DNA of 60,249 nucleotides from a virus (Duplodnaviria; Caudoviricetes): IMG/VR virus record IMGVR_UViG_3300023210_000037, positions 1 to 60,249 of that record; one strand, 5' to 3'. Shown piece by piece: positions 1 to 9,197 of this stretch (position 1 is its first letter; each line of letters starts with the position of its first letter). The notes under the pieces were generated by a model. It saw only the letters and a program-made list of their open reading frames with translations, ran no database searches and was not told where the DNA came from. The position numbers and the translations under genes were made by a program.

Positions 1-2
1 CT

Positions 3-185
3 GCAGGATACAAAAAAGATGTAGAATTAGAAATGTTAGATCCAACTGGTGTTGTGGTACAAAAATGGATTTTACAAGGAACACAGATTAACGATGCAGA
101 TTTTGGTTCTCTAGGATACACAGAAAACGAATTAGCTACTATCGATGTCACTTTTAGATTTGATAGAGCAATAAATGTTTTTTGA
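3..185 (+). CDS. Tail tube protein, C-terminal fragment (T4 gp19-like); 5' end outside window
   Basis: Frame 3 reads AGYKKDVELEMLDPTGVVVQKWILQGTQINDADFGSLGYTENELATIDVTFRFDRAINVF*, the typical gp19-like tube C-terminus; not in ORF track. Confidence 0.85.
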   Translation, partial: AGYKKDVELEMLDPTGVVVQKWILQGTQINDADFGSLGYTENELATIDVTFRFDRAINVF

Positions 186-211
186 GAATTCCTTTATCGA
201 ATGTTTACTTT

Positions 212-251
212 ATCCCTTTTATATATAATCATATATAAAGGGGATTTTTTA
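212..251 (+). terminator. Rho-independent terminator after tail tube gene
   Basis: ATCCCTTTTATATAT-aatc-ATATATAAAGGGGAT stem (one G-U pair) followed by a T-run. Confidence 0.75.
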
Positions 252-263
252 TATAATTTCAGA

Positions 264-271
264 TATTTATA
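264..271 (+). promoter_or_regulatory. TATTTATA motif, candidate phage late promoter
   Basis: 15 nt before ATG 287; same motif recurs before many structural genes. Confidence 0.6.
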
Positions 272-286
272 AGAAAATGTTATTTA

Positions 287-2689
287 ATGAAAAAAATAAT
301 AATTAGCGAAGAACAATATAAAAGGGTATTTCTGTTGGAACAACCTGCACCTAAACCTTCTAATACTAAAGGGGATCCGAGTCAATTCGGCACACAATCG
401 TGGCAGGAACAACAACGGGATAAAAGAACCGAAAAAAATAAAAGTTTAGGTATTAGTAATAAAGACCCATACGGATGGGCAACATACGGAGCCCCAAATA
501 AACAAACGGGTACATATAAAAGTGGTAGTGATACATTTACATATGGTCCATTAGACCCTATTCCATCCGAATCAATTGATGCATTAGAAGAGGCTGCCGA
601 ACTTGAGATGAAGGATTCAATGGATAGAATAGCTTCGCTAGATGCTGAACAGGAGAAAAATAGTTTTGGTAATTGGAAAGATAAAAGTGGTTTGGATGCA
701 TCACAAGCAAAAATCGATTATTATCAAAACCAGATGGACGCAACTGGTGCTGGTAAATTAGGTGTAGATGCGAAATTCAATGCTAATAAAACGATACGAC
801 AATTCGGTACTGGTGGTGAAGATAATTTATTGTTGCAAAGTGCGAAAAATTTCAATAAATTGATTAGTAAGGAATGGCAAGAATATTTAATCAAGAGTCA
901 GTGCAAACCCGTTGTAAGGAAAAGATGTGCATCCCATTGTGGTGATAGTAAAGAGGAAGTCATGAAAAATGCTGAAGCTAAGAAATGGTGGAAAGAAGGT
1001 TTGGAAGAGGATTACGTGACTGCAAACGGTAAATATGGTCTTGCGAACAGGGCGGGTTGGTTTAATTCACTGAAAATTTGTGGGAAAGCTGCTGGAAAAG
1101 AAACATATGTGAAAGACAGAGTTGGTTTCGATAGGCGAAAAGAGAGTCAGTGGTGTATATGGAAGATGGTAGAGTCTACTGATACTGTTTGGAAAAAAGA
1201 TTGTCCCGGATGTTTTAATAAATCAAGCGGTGGACTCTTTGTTTACCCCTTAGTAGAGGATATGTCAGATTGGAATGTAACAAATAACCTTAATACCTCT
1301 AAATATACATATCACTGTGGGTGCGTTAACAATATGACCAAATCATTGGCTGGGTGTCCAGACAACAATCTGACTAGGTTTGGGATGGAATCTGCGGCTT
1401 TTATAAGGGGGATTGATCAAAAACAAGCTATTCATGCAGCTAAAAATGAACCATCATTTTTTGAGAAGCTTGCTGATTGGGGGGTATATTGTATCTCGGA
1501 TCCTCATTGTCTAATAGATGTGGCATCCGTTGTAGTATTGGTAGTTCCTGGTATTGGACCATTACTATCAATGGGATTAGATGTTGCAAATGGTATAATA
1601 TATGGTGTCGAGGGTTACATGTCAGATAATAAAACGGATAAATATGCTAATTATACTGCTGGTGTTTTAACAATTGTCGGTGGGGTTGCAACAGGTTATA
1701 AGTTAGCAAAAAGTTTAGCTAAAATAAAAAACGCATCTCCTAAAGTTATGAAATTTACTGATGATTTCTTAGGGGAAATAGCTGAGAAATACGGGAAAAA
1801 AGGAACTGTAATTGATGATGTTATTAAAAAGGATATCGATGATATGTTTAAGAAAAAGATGTTATCACAAGGTTTAACCAAAGCTGAAGTAAAATATTCT
1901 GTAGATATAATTAGTGATGTTTCAAAATTCATAGGGGACAAGAAAAGTTTAAAAACTTATGTGAATGGGTTACAATCACTAGAAAATAAGTTTGATAAGG
2001 TGAAATTACAACAAGTATTTGCTAAAAAAAGATACCAAAAACTTTTAAAAGAGTCCGATGGTGATGTTTTAATTGCGTTAGATAAATATAGTAAATTACC
2101 TGAAGGGAAAATGGTATTAACTCAGTTAGGTTTCTTTGCGGCAGGGGAAGCCTTATTACCTGGGTTAATAAATGGTTATATTACAGATAAATCATTATCT
2201 GGTGATTGGGGACCGCGAAAGTTAGTAGAAGCATTGGGGTATGATTGGGTTCAAACAAAGAAGATTTTTGGTGCAATTTCTAAAACAAATGAGGATGGTA
2301 GTAAAAATGAGAAATGGACTAAAGAAAAATCTATTGCTGATAATACACTATTACAGAAAGCTATAAATAGTGGGTGGAGACCATACGAGATGAGTGAGAA
2401 ATTAAATCCAACTACTAATGAAAGAATTCCAGTGCCGGAAAAGTATCAAACAGAACTTTATAAACAAAATATAAAGGGTGAAAAACAACGTAATATAGAT
2501 CAAGCTCAAGGAATGGGTAAGGGTTATGACAAAACAATGGATGATATTAATAAGGGTGAGCTGGAAGGGTTAACAGATGAAGAAAAGAGAAGAATAGAAA
2601 AGGAAGGAAAAAAAGAAAGAGAAAACTTCACTCTTCCACTTGATGACGCATCAGAGCAATATTTTATAAAAAATTATTTCAAGATATAA
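287..2689 (+). CDS. Hypothetical 800-aa protein; putative head-targeted N-terminus, Cys-rich middle, pre-toxin-TG-like hydrophobic segment
   Basis: N-term MKKIIISEEQYKRVFLLEQ; HCLIDVASVVVLVVPGIGPLLSMGLDVANGIIYGVEG segment. Confidence 0.6.
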   Translation: MKKIIISEEQYKRVFLLEQPAPKPSNTKGDPSQFGTQSWQEQQRDKRTEKNKSLGISNKDPYGWATYGAPNKQTGTYKSGSDTFTYGPLDPIPSESIDALEEAAELEMKDSMDRIASLDAEQEKNSFGNWKDKSGLDASQAKIDYYQNQMDATGAGKLGVDAKFNANKTIRQFGTGGEDNLLLQSAKNFNKLISKEWQEYLIKSQCKPVVRKRCASHCGDSKEEVMKNAEAKKWWKEGLEEDYVTANGKYGLANRAGWFNSLKICGKAAGKETYVKDRVGFDRRKESQWCIWKMVESTDTVWKKDCPGCFNKSSGGLFVYPLVEDMSDWNVTNNLNTSKYTYHCGCVNNMTKSLAGCPDNNLTRFGMESAAFIRGIDQKQAIHAAKNEPSFFEKLADWGVYCISDPHCLIDVASVVVLVVPGIGPLLSMGLDVANGIIYGVEGYMSDNKTDKYANYTAGVLTIVGGVATGYKLAKSLAKIKNASPKVMKFTDDFLGEIAEKYGKKGTVIDDVIKKDIDDMFKKKMLSQGLTKAEVKYSVDIISDVSKFIGDKKSLKTYVNGLQSLENKFDKVKLQQVFAKKRYQKLLKESDGDVLIALDKYSKLPEGKMVLTQLGFFAAGEALLPGLINGYITDKSLSGDWGPRKLVEALGYDWVQTKKIFGAISKTNEDGSKNEKWTKEKSIADNTLLQKAINSGWRPYEMSEKLNPTTNERIPVPEKYQTELYKQNIKGEKQRNIDQAQGMGKGYDKTMDDINKGELEGLTDEEKRRIEKEGKKERENFTLPLDDASEQYFIKNYFKI

Positions 2690-2699
2690 TATAGGTTAT

Positions 2700-2876
2700 A
2701 TGAAAAAAAGAAGAGAGAAAATATTAAACATTAAAGAAAGATTAAACGAAGTTAGTAATCTTTTCGGAAAACATGGGATTAATCCGGAACACGATATATT
2801 TATTAAAGAGGAATTAAATGGGTTCATAAAAGAATTAGAAGAAATTGAAAATGACATTAATGACGAAAAAAAATAA
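2700..2876 (+). CDS. Small hypothetical protein (58 aa)
   Basis: ATG 2700 MKKRREKILNIKERLNEVSNLFGKHG...NDEKK*; fills the gap between two genes; below ORF-track cutoff. Confidence 0.55.
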   Translation: MKKRREKILNIKERLNEVSNLFGKHGINPEHDIFIKEELNGFIKELEEIENDINDEKK

Positions 2877-3510
2877 ATTAATACAAGAAGAGATTAATAG
2901 AGTTAAAACTATAATGGGTTTAACTGAACAAATGTCAGTTGACGGTTGTATTGATTACTTAGAGGACTTAAATTATAATATTGACGATCCCAGTGAAGAG
3001 GTAAGTGGAACGGAAAAGTGTTTGAAAAAGAACATTTTAAAATGTGTGGTATCTGTACTTAAAGCCAATAATGTTGATGAAAACCAAATTATTACTCAAC
3101 CATTCACCAATGGGGGTAAATGTTATACAAGGGTTACTAATTCCAAAGATAGAGGGAGATTGAAAAGTGGAAACTTAACGTTTTGGGAGAATGGGGTGTT
3201 AACTTATATAGGTATATTTAAAGGTTGGCAGAAAGTTCCAGATAATATCACTAATGAAGGAGATGTTAAAATAGGTAAATTCCAATTTGAGGGAAGGTAT
3301 AGATGTGACCCAAGTAGTGGTAAAATAACATATAGTTTTTTCAAACTTGCTGGGTTAAGGAATGACAAGAATAAGGTAACAGACCCTTATGAATTTGAGC
3401 CTAAGGACTCTAGTGGTGTGGGTGTGGGATACCATATTGGGGAGTATTTCAAAAATGATAATATAGGTGAAAGTGGTGATGTAATGAGAATAATTAATAA
3501 GATGATATGA
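2860..3510 (+). CDS. Hypothetical protein with LxEEINRxKxxM N-terminal motif
   Basis: Likely start ATG 2860 (MTKKNKLIQEEINRVKTIMGLTEQ), in frame with track ORF 2845. Confidence 0.7.
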   Translation: MTKKNKLIQEEINRVKTIMGLTEQMSVDGCIDYLEDLNYNIDDPSEEVSGTEKCLKKNILKCVVSVLKANNVDENQIITQPFTNGGKCYTRVTNSKDRGRLKSGNLTFWENGVLTYIGIFKGWQKVPDNITNEGDVKIGKFQFEGRYRCDPSSGKITYSFFKLAGLRNDKNKVTDPYEFEPKDSSGVGVGYHIGEYFKNDNIGESGDVMRIINKMI

Positions 3511-5270
3511 TGAGAAAAAAATATAACACATTATCAGAAGAAATGAATCGGATGAAGTCATTATTCACCGAAGAGAGATTATATGGGAATCTTGTGGATA
3601 AACCATTATTAACCGAAGCAAATTTTGCTAGGTTTATTGACAATGCTTTCCTTAGAAACAGTGGTAAATTATTTAAACAAGTTGATACTAAAACTGGAAG
3701 AATGATAGAACGAGCTGTTCAAAAAGAGATTCGTAGTTTCGATGATTTTCGATTACATTTAGAAGAGTTTGGGACGATATGGAAAATGATGATGACTCCT
3801 CAAGAATACGTACAAGGTTTGGCACACATTACTTATTTATCTAAAATGGAAAAAGCTGGAAGGTTTGCAGAGAATAGTGTAAGACGTCCAGATGGTGTTT
3901 TTGAGAAACTTAATATCTATGAACCACTTACACCTGGTGGGAGAGCATATATTGATTTGATTCCAGAAGGTGGGGGATTGCGATCTTTGGCAATGATTAA
4001 GTTTTTTGATGAAACAGATATTGGTCCACTTACTAAAATTAAGAATGCTAAAGGAGAGGAAGTGGTTGTACATAGGGCATTTGATCCAGAATCAAATCAG
4101 GTATCACTTATAGATACGGATAGCAATGGTAATTTAACATTACTTGATGGTAAGGGAAAGAAAGAACCGTTATTAGACGGAGATGGTAACCCTATTAAGG
4201 GTAATACTATTAAAAATACTACTGACGTTGAATATGTGGAGGTATTTACAAAAGAAGAATTGGCTAATCAATTGGATAACCAAGCAAATAACACAATTGG
4301 TGAGGGTGGTGTACAGGTTTTGGGTGATGGCAATGTTGTTCATATTAACATTGGTCAAACTCCAGTAAAAGAGGTCGTTGATGAAACAATAAAAACAACA
4401 TCGGAAGCTATTGCTAAGAAGACTGGAATCGCTGGGGGATGGCAAAAGGTTAAGAAAGTATTAAAATATGTGGGAGTAGATAATCAGATTTTGGCAACTA
4501 TTTTTAATCCCTATGTTATCGGAGGGGTTAAGAAATCAGGGTTGATGAAAAAGCGGGGAACTGTTTTTGGGGTTAGAATGACTCTGCATTATTTGGGGTA
4601 TTACTTTTTCATTCACAAACTTTGTGATGCCTCTAATTCAGAAGAAGGTGGTGAAGATCCTGAGCCTTACAACCTAATGAACCTCTATAATGAAGAGGAT
4701 TGGATATTCTCACCATGTTTTTATCCATTATGGCCTGTAAGATTAATTACTGATTGGAGTTGGATTACGGGTAGATTAAATAAATCACAAAAGAATTTCT
4801 GTAGAAAATTTGATACTGACGAAAATGGGAAAAGAACAAAAAGTGAAGAATGTGCCGGATTTTTTCAAAAGATTGATAATGCATTAAAAGGTGTAGATGA
4901 TAAAAATAATAGTGTGTGGTGTGAAAAATATAAGGGTAAATCTTCTGAAGAAGTATTTAGTGCACAAATTGAAGAAGCACTTGACTTAATGGATACTGAG
5001 GAAGTGACAGCGGGGAAAGAAAAAACCATTGGGGATATTATGGGAAATCTAGGGTTTAACACAGACAAAGCACTTGAAAAATTTAAAGCTTCTCCTTCAT
5101 GGGAGGAATTCGATTTGAGGTGTTCGGCCAATCAAATACAATGCGATCCGCTAGAATTTGATAATAACGGAAAATCAAATGAAGTAGAATATATACCAAG
5201 AGAAGGATCGGACGGAAAAACTGAATATGTAGTGTCAAAAAATGATACTACCGAACTTGACGATCTTTAA
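3507..5270 (+). CDS. Hypothetical 587-aa protein with LxEEMNRMKSL N-terminal motif
   Basis: Long ORF, ATGA-type overlap with upstream stop; one hydrophobic stretch. Confidence 0.7.
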   Translation: MMRKKYNTLSEEMNRMKSLFTEERLYGNLVDKPLLTEANFARFIDNAFLRNSGKLFKQVDTKTGRMIERAVQKEIRSFDDFRLHLEEFGTIWKMMMTPQEYVQGLAHITYLSKMEKAGRFAENSVRRPDGVFEKLNIYEPLTPGGRAYIDLIPEGGGLRSLAMIKFFDETDIGPLTKIKNAKGEEVVVHRAFDPESNQVSLIDTDSNGNLTLLDGKGKKEPLLDGDGNPIKGNTIKNTTDVEYVEVFTKEELANQLDNQANNTIGEGGVQVLGDGNVVHINIGQTPVKEVVDETIKTTSEAIAKKTGIAGGWQKVKKVLKYVGVDNQILATIFNPYVIGGVKKSGLMKKRGTVFGVRMTLHYLGYYFFIHKLCDASNSEEGGEDPEPYNLMNLYNEEDWIFSPCFYPLWPVRLITDWSWITGRLNKSQKNFCRKFDTDENGKRTKSEECAGFFQKIDNALKGVDDKNNSVWCEKYKGKSSEEVFSAQIEEALDLMDTEEVTAGKEKTIGDIMGNLGFNTDKALEKFKASPSWEEFDLRCSANQIQCDPLEFDNNGKSNEVEYIPREGSDGKTEYVVSKNDTTELDDL

Positions 5271-5337
5271 AAAAATCCCTATCCGATATTTAATTTCTAA
5301 AACTTTACTTAAAATAAAAATATATTAAATTAGTTTC

Positions 5338-6108
5338 ATGGAAGATAAAAGTTTTGTAGACCCGAATTATACACCTTCAGAGTATAAGGTACCGTATGAT
5401 GTAATTGAATTGCCGTCACAAGGCATTCTATACCCCAATGGAAAATCATCAGTTAAAGTAGAGTATTTAACTGCATATGATGAAAACATATTAACATCTC
5501 CAAACTTATTAAATAATGGTAAGTTTATCGATGTATTATTAAAAAATAAAGTTAAAGAATTAGGTTTCGATGTGGATGAATTACTAGCTGGGGATCGAAT
5601 AGCTATATTATTATTTTTAAGGGCAACAGGATTAGGTCACGAATATCATCAGTTGGTAATCGATGAAACTGGAAAAGTTGTTGAGGGGGTTATTGATTTA
5701 ACTATTTTAACTACTAAAAAACTTGAAATTACACCTGACAATAACAAAGAATTTGATTTTGTGTTACCAACCTCAAATAAAAAAATTAAATTTAGGTTAT
5801 TAACTGGTAAGGATGAATCTGACATTGACATTATGGATAAAGAAAATGAAGAAAAAAATGATGGTGTTTCCACCTCATCTTCATTACGTTTGGAACGAAG
5901 TATAATGGAAATAGATGGTGTCAGAGATAAAATGAAAATCTCACATATACTTAAAACATTAAATCTTTTGGATGTTAGAAAATTTAAAAAGTATGTAACT
6001 GAAATTGAACCAGGAATAGATTTTAACACAACAGCTAGGATTCAGGGGGGTGAATCCGTATCTTGCTTTCTTAGATTGGGACGGAGTTTTTGGAATCCTG
6101 AAATATAA
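5338..6108 (+). CDS. Baseplate hub/tail assembly chaperone (T4 gp26-like)
   Basis: IELPSQGILYP...YLTAYDENILTS...LLAGDRIAILLFLRATGLGHEY and C-terminal PGIDF...FWNP; lies between tube and tape measure genes. Confidence 0.75.
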   Translation: MEDKSFVDPNYTPSEYKVPYDVIELPSQGILYPNGKSSVKVEYLTAYDENILTSPNLLNNGKFIDVLLKNKVKELGFDVDELLAGDRIAILLFLRATGLGHEYHQLVIDETGKVVEGVIDLTILTTKKLEITPDNNKEFDFVLPTSNKKIKFRLLTGKDESDIDIMDKENEEKNDGVSTSSSLRLERSIMEIDGVRDKMKISHILKTLNLLDVRKFKKYVTEIEPGIDFNTTARIQGGESVSCFLRLGRSFWNPEI

Positions 6109-6241
6109 TAATTTTACCACAAATTATTTAAATGAAATATTTATTTTAGTGAAACATGGATTCACATATAGTGATGCAATTATTATGCCAACTCATATTC
6201 GTAAGTATTACATTAACATTTTAAGACCTAAAGAAGAATAA
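6050..6241 (+). CDS. Short tail-chaperone partner ORF (gp51/GT-like), possibly reached by frameshift
   Basis: EIFILVKHGFTYSDAIIMPTHIRKYY resembles the short chaperone partners upstream of tape measure genes; overlaps 5338 ORF in +1 frame. Confidence 0.6.
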   Translation: MNPYLAFLDWDGVFGILKYNNFTTNYLNEIFILVKHGFTYSDAIIMPTHIRKYYINILRPKEE

Positions 6242-6255
6242 TCCACATTTTCTTA

Positions 6256-6263
6256 TATTTATA
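6256..6263 (+). promoter_or_regulatory. TATTTATA motif, candidate late promoter
   Basis: 16 nt upstream of ATG 6280. Confidence 0.55.
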
Positions 6264-6279
6264 AATAAAACATAAGAAT

Positions 6280-6948
6280 ATGATTAATCAAAATAACTTA
6301 GAAAAACATAACAGGTTAGTTGAGGAAATTAATTCCGATATTGATGGGTTATTGAATGAGGTTGATTTAAGCCCCATGGAATTATTAAAAGATGCTGGTG
6401 CCTTTTTAACTGGTGGTCCTGCAGGAGTTGTACGTAGAAGAACCGCAAAAGCTATAGCAGATGAGTTGGAGGATGAAAAAAAGAAAAAGGAGAAAAAACT
6501 AAAGAAAAAAGAAAAAGAAGCAGAGGGGGTTTCTAAAGAAGATAAAGAAACTAAAGAAGGGATATCATCCCTTAGAGATGAGTTAGCAGAATTAAAAAGG
6601 TTAATTAAGGGTATGCAGGATACGAAAACTGGTGATTTATATTCCTATATTGAGGTTGACTTCCCAGAGGAAATTACATTAAATATTAAAAAATACGGTA
6701 ATAAAGAAATGAATCGTAAATTAAGTGGAAGAATGTTTTTCAATGTAGATTCAATTAATGACAGATACAAATATATTGATATGAGGACTAAAAGTTTGAC
6801 GGAATCCTTTTATTTTAGGTTGCATTATAAAACATTAGATGTCGGCAAAAAACAATCTGGTAAAATAAGATTAATATATAGAAGAGGTAAAGAAAATTTT
6901 AAGGGGGACGAGGAAAGTTGTAACTTTGAAATTAAATCTCTTAAATAA
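6280..6948 (+). CDS. Hypothetical protein (222 aa), coiled-coil N-half
   Basis: ORF; LVEEIN...LLNE motif; K/E-rich coiled coil. Confidence 0.7.
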   Translation: MINQNNLEKHNRLVEEINSDIDGLLNEVDLSPMELLKDAGAFLTGGPAGVVRRRTAKAIADELEDEKKKKEKKLKKKEKEAEGVSKEDKETKEGISSLRDELAELKRLIKGMQDTKTGDLYSYIEVDFPEEITLNIKKYGNKEMNRKLSGRMFFNVDSINDRYKYIDMRTKSLTESFYFRLHYKTLDVGKKQSGKIRLIYRRGKENFKGDEESCNFEIKSLK

Positions 6949-6957
6949 TATTAAATT

Positions 6958-7092
6958 ATGAATGTAAATAAATTTTTATTAGCAAAACTTAAAAATGTAA
7001 GTGATCGTATTGATCAAGTAGAAAAAAAACTTTCTAAAGAGGTGAAAGGGGATAAAAATACTGGAACTAAAAATAAAAAAACTAAAAAATAA
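6958..7092 (+). CDS. Small basic hypothetical protein (44 aa)
   Basis: ATG 6958 MNVNKFLLAKLKNVSDRIDQVEKKL...TKK*; exactly fills intergenic gap. Confidence 0.45.
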   Translation: MNVNKFLLAKLKNVSDRIDQVEKKLSKEVKGDKNTGTKNKKTKK

Positions 7093-7097
7093 TTTTT

Positions 7098-8981
7098 ATG
7101 GATTGTCCTGATGATGTGTATGAAGGTGTTGATTGGGGAAAACAAATTAAATGCCTTAAAATAGAAATTGAGGGTCTAAGAAAAGAGATCGAAAATACCA
7201 CAGTTAGTGCTGGTAAAATGTCCTCAAAACTGGGTGATACCTGGAATGTTCTGAAAGATATGAAGGGTACTATCGTATCCATGCGTAATGAGATGATGAA
7301 ATTTGTTCAGTCCGCTGAACAACAATATAAGTTAGGTGAGGCAATAGCAAAGGGGTATAAGGATACTGCAATAAGTATAGGGTTAAGTACAAAACGAAGT
7401 GCAGCTTTATCTCAAGAATTTAAGGGGGCATTAACAGAAATTTCTAAGTTTGGTGGTGATATTAGTGATGCAGAAAGAATATATAAAGAGTTTGCCGATA
7501 GTTCAGGTAGAGTAAGAATATTAGGTGATGAAGAAGTATCTAATATATTTAAACTTGAAAAAGCAACTAATTTATATGGTGATCAAGCAACTAGTTTATA
7601 TGAGACATTAGATTTAATGGGTGTTTCTAATGAGGAAGCAACAAAGAGGATGGTAGAATTGGTTACAGAATCACAAGCTATAGGGTTAAATTCTTCTAAA
7701 GTGTCAAAAATGATGGCAGCGAATATGAAATCTATGCAATCATATTCTTTTAGAGGGGGAGTTAGAGGGATGACAGAAATGGCTAAACAAGCTGTTAAAA
7801 TGAGAATTGATGTAGGTGATGTTTTACAAATGGCGGATAAGTTCTACCAACCAGAAGCGGCGTTAGAGGCAGCGGCAAATTTACAAATGTTAGGTGGTGA
7901 TATTGCTAAGGCATTCGGTGATCCTTTTGAAACGATGTATTTGGCTCGTAACAAACCAGAAGAATTGGCGAAAAGATTACAAGACATGACTGAAAATATG
8001 CTTCAATTTAATGAAGTATCTGGAGAATATGAATTACCTGCCGAAGCAAGAATGCAATTAAAATCTGCTGGAGAACAATTGGGTATTAATACTGAAAAGA
8101 TGGTGGAGATGGCTCGTCAATCATCAAAAATGAAAGATATTAAAAGTCAATTATCTGGGTCTATATTTAGTGAAGATGAGATGGAGGGTATTTCCTCATT
8201 GGCTAGAATGGAAGATGGGGAGTTTAAAGTTGATTTTAGAGATAAAAATGGTGAAAAGGTAACTAAATCTATTGATGAATTAACAAGTGGACAAGCAAAA
8301 ATGTTATTAGAAGCACCTGAAAATGAGGTAGAATATATGGATGAGATGTTGTACCAATCTCAAAGAACGAATGAAACTTTAGACAACATGTATAAGAGTT
8401 TTGAATTTGGTTTTGTTCAAGATATTGATTATTATAAGGCAATTGAAACATCGACAAAAGAAAGTATTAAACAACTGGATGATCTTGGGGTTTCAATAAA
8501 AAAATTAGGTAAAGATGGTCTGGGACAAACTTGGGTAAGTGGTAAAGGAGACGAATTTAAAGATAAACAAAAGAAGTTGGATGAGGCAATGTCATCACAA
8601 ATTAAAAGTATTACTGGAATTGTTGACACATTGAGTATTAACCCTACAGATGGTTCTAAAATAACATTTGATGGAAATAACAAATTAATATTTAAAAATG
8701 CTGTATCTCCATCATCAGACGCCCAACTTATGCCAGATACATCTGGTGTTGGTAATAATAAAGCTACGGTGAATCAAACAACGAGCACAATAAAAATGGA
8801 ACCATTGGAAATTAATTTCAATATAAAGGGTGATACTCATTTAAGGGATGTAGCTACAAAAGAACTAATGGAAAATATAGCTCTAAAAGCTGTAATGCAG
8901 ATAAAAGAAAATAGTGGAGTCCCTACAGGAAAAGAAGCGGTAGATCTATTGAATATAATGAAGATAACATCGGTTGGATAA
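7098..8981 (+). CDS. Tape-measure-like tail protein
   Basis: Helical A/M/Q/E-rich sequence (AAANLQMLGG...GDPF) located after chaperones and before baseplate genes. Confidence 0.65.
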   Translation: MDCPDDVYEGVDWGKQIKCLKIEIEGLRKEIENTTVSAGKMSSKLGDTWNVLKDMKGTIVSMRNEMMKFVQSAEQQYKLGEAIAKGYKDTAISIGLSTKRSAALSQEFKGALTEISKFGGDISDAERIYKEFADSSGRVRILGDEEVSNIFKLEKATNLYGDQATSLYETLDLMGVSNEEATKRMVELVTESQAIGLNSSKVSKMMAANMKSMQSYSFRGGVRGMTEMAKQAVKMRIDVGDVLQMADKFYQPEAALEAAANLQMLGGDIAKAFGDPFETMYLARNKPEELAKRLQDMTENMLQFNEVSGEYELPAEARMQLKSAGEQLGINTEKMVEMARQSSKMKDIKSQLSGSIFSEDEMEGISSLARMEDGEFKVDFRDKNGEKVTKSIDELTSGQAKMLLEAPENEVEYMDEMLYQSQRTNETLDNMYKSFEFGFVQDIDYYKAIETSTKESIKQLDDLGVSIKKLGKDGLGQTWVSGKGDEFKDKQKKLDEAMSSQIKSITGIVDTLSINPTDGSKITFDGNNKLIFKNAVSPSSDAQLMPDTSGVGNNKATVNQTTSTIKMEPLEINFNIKGDTHLRDVATKELMENIALKAVMQIKENSGVPTGKEAVDLLNIMKITSVG

Positions 8982-9174
8982 TGCGTTATCTCAAAAAATA
9001 ATTTATTTTCATTTTGACCTTTACTTACTAAATTTTTCCTTGTATATTGGACCAACTAGAACAAATTAAAAATAAATAATTAACTAAAACAAGAACAAAA
9101 CAAGAAAAATATACTTAATATTCTTGTAATTATAAAGTTCTCATTAATTTATTTCCTGAAATTTACTCTTTAAA

Positions 9175-9182
9175 TATTTATA
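9175..9182 (+). promoter_or_regulatory. TATTTATA motif, candidate late promoter
   Basis: 15 nt upstream of ATG 9198. Confidence 0.6.
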
Positions 9183-9197
9183 TAGAAAGAATAATAT

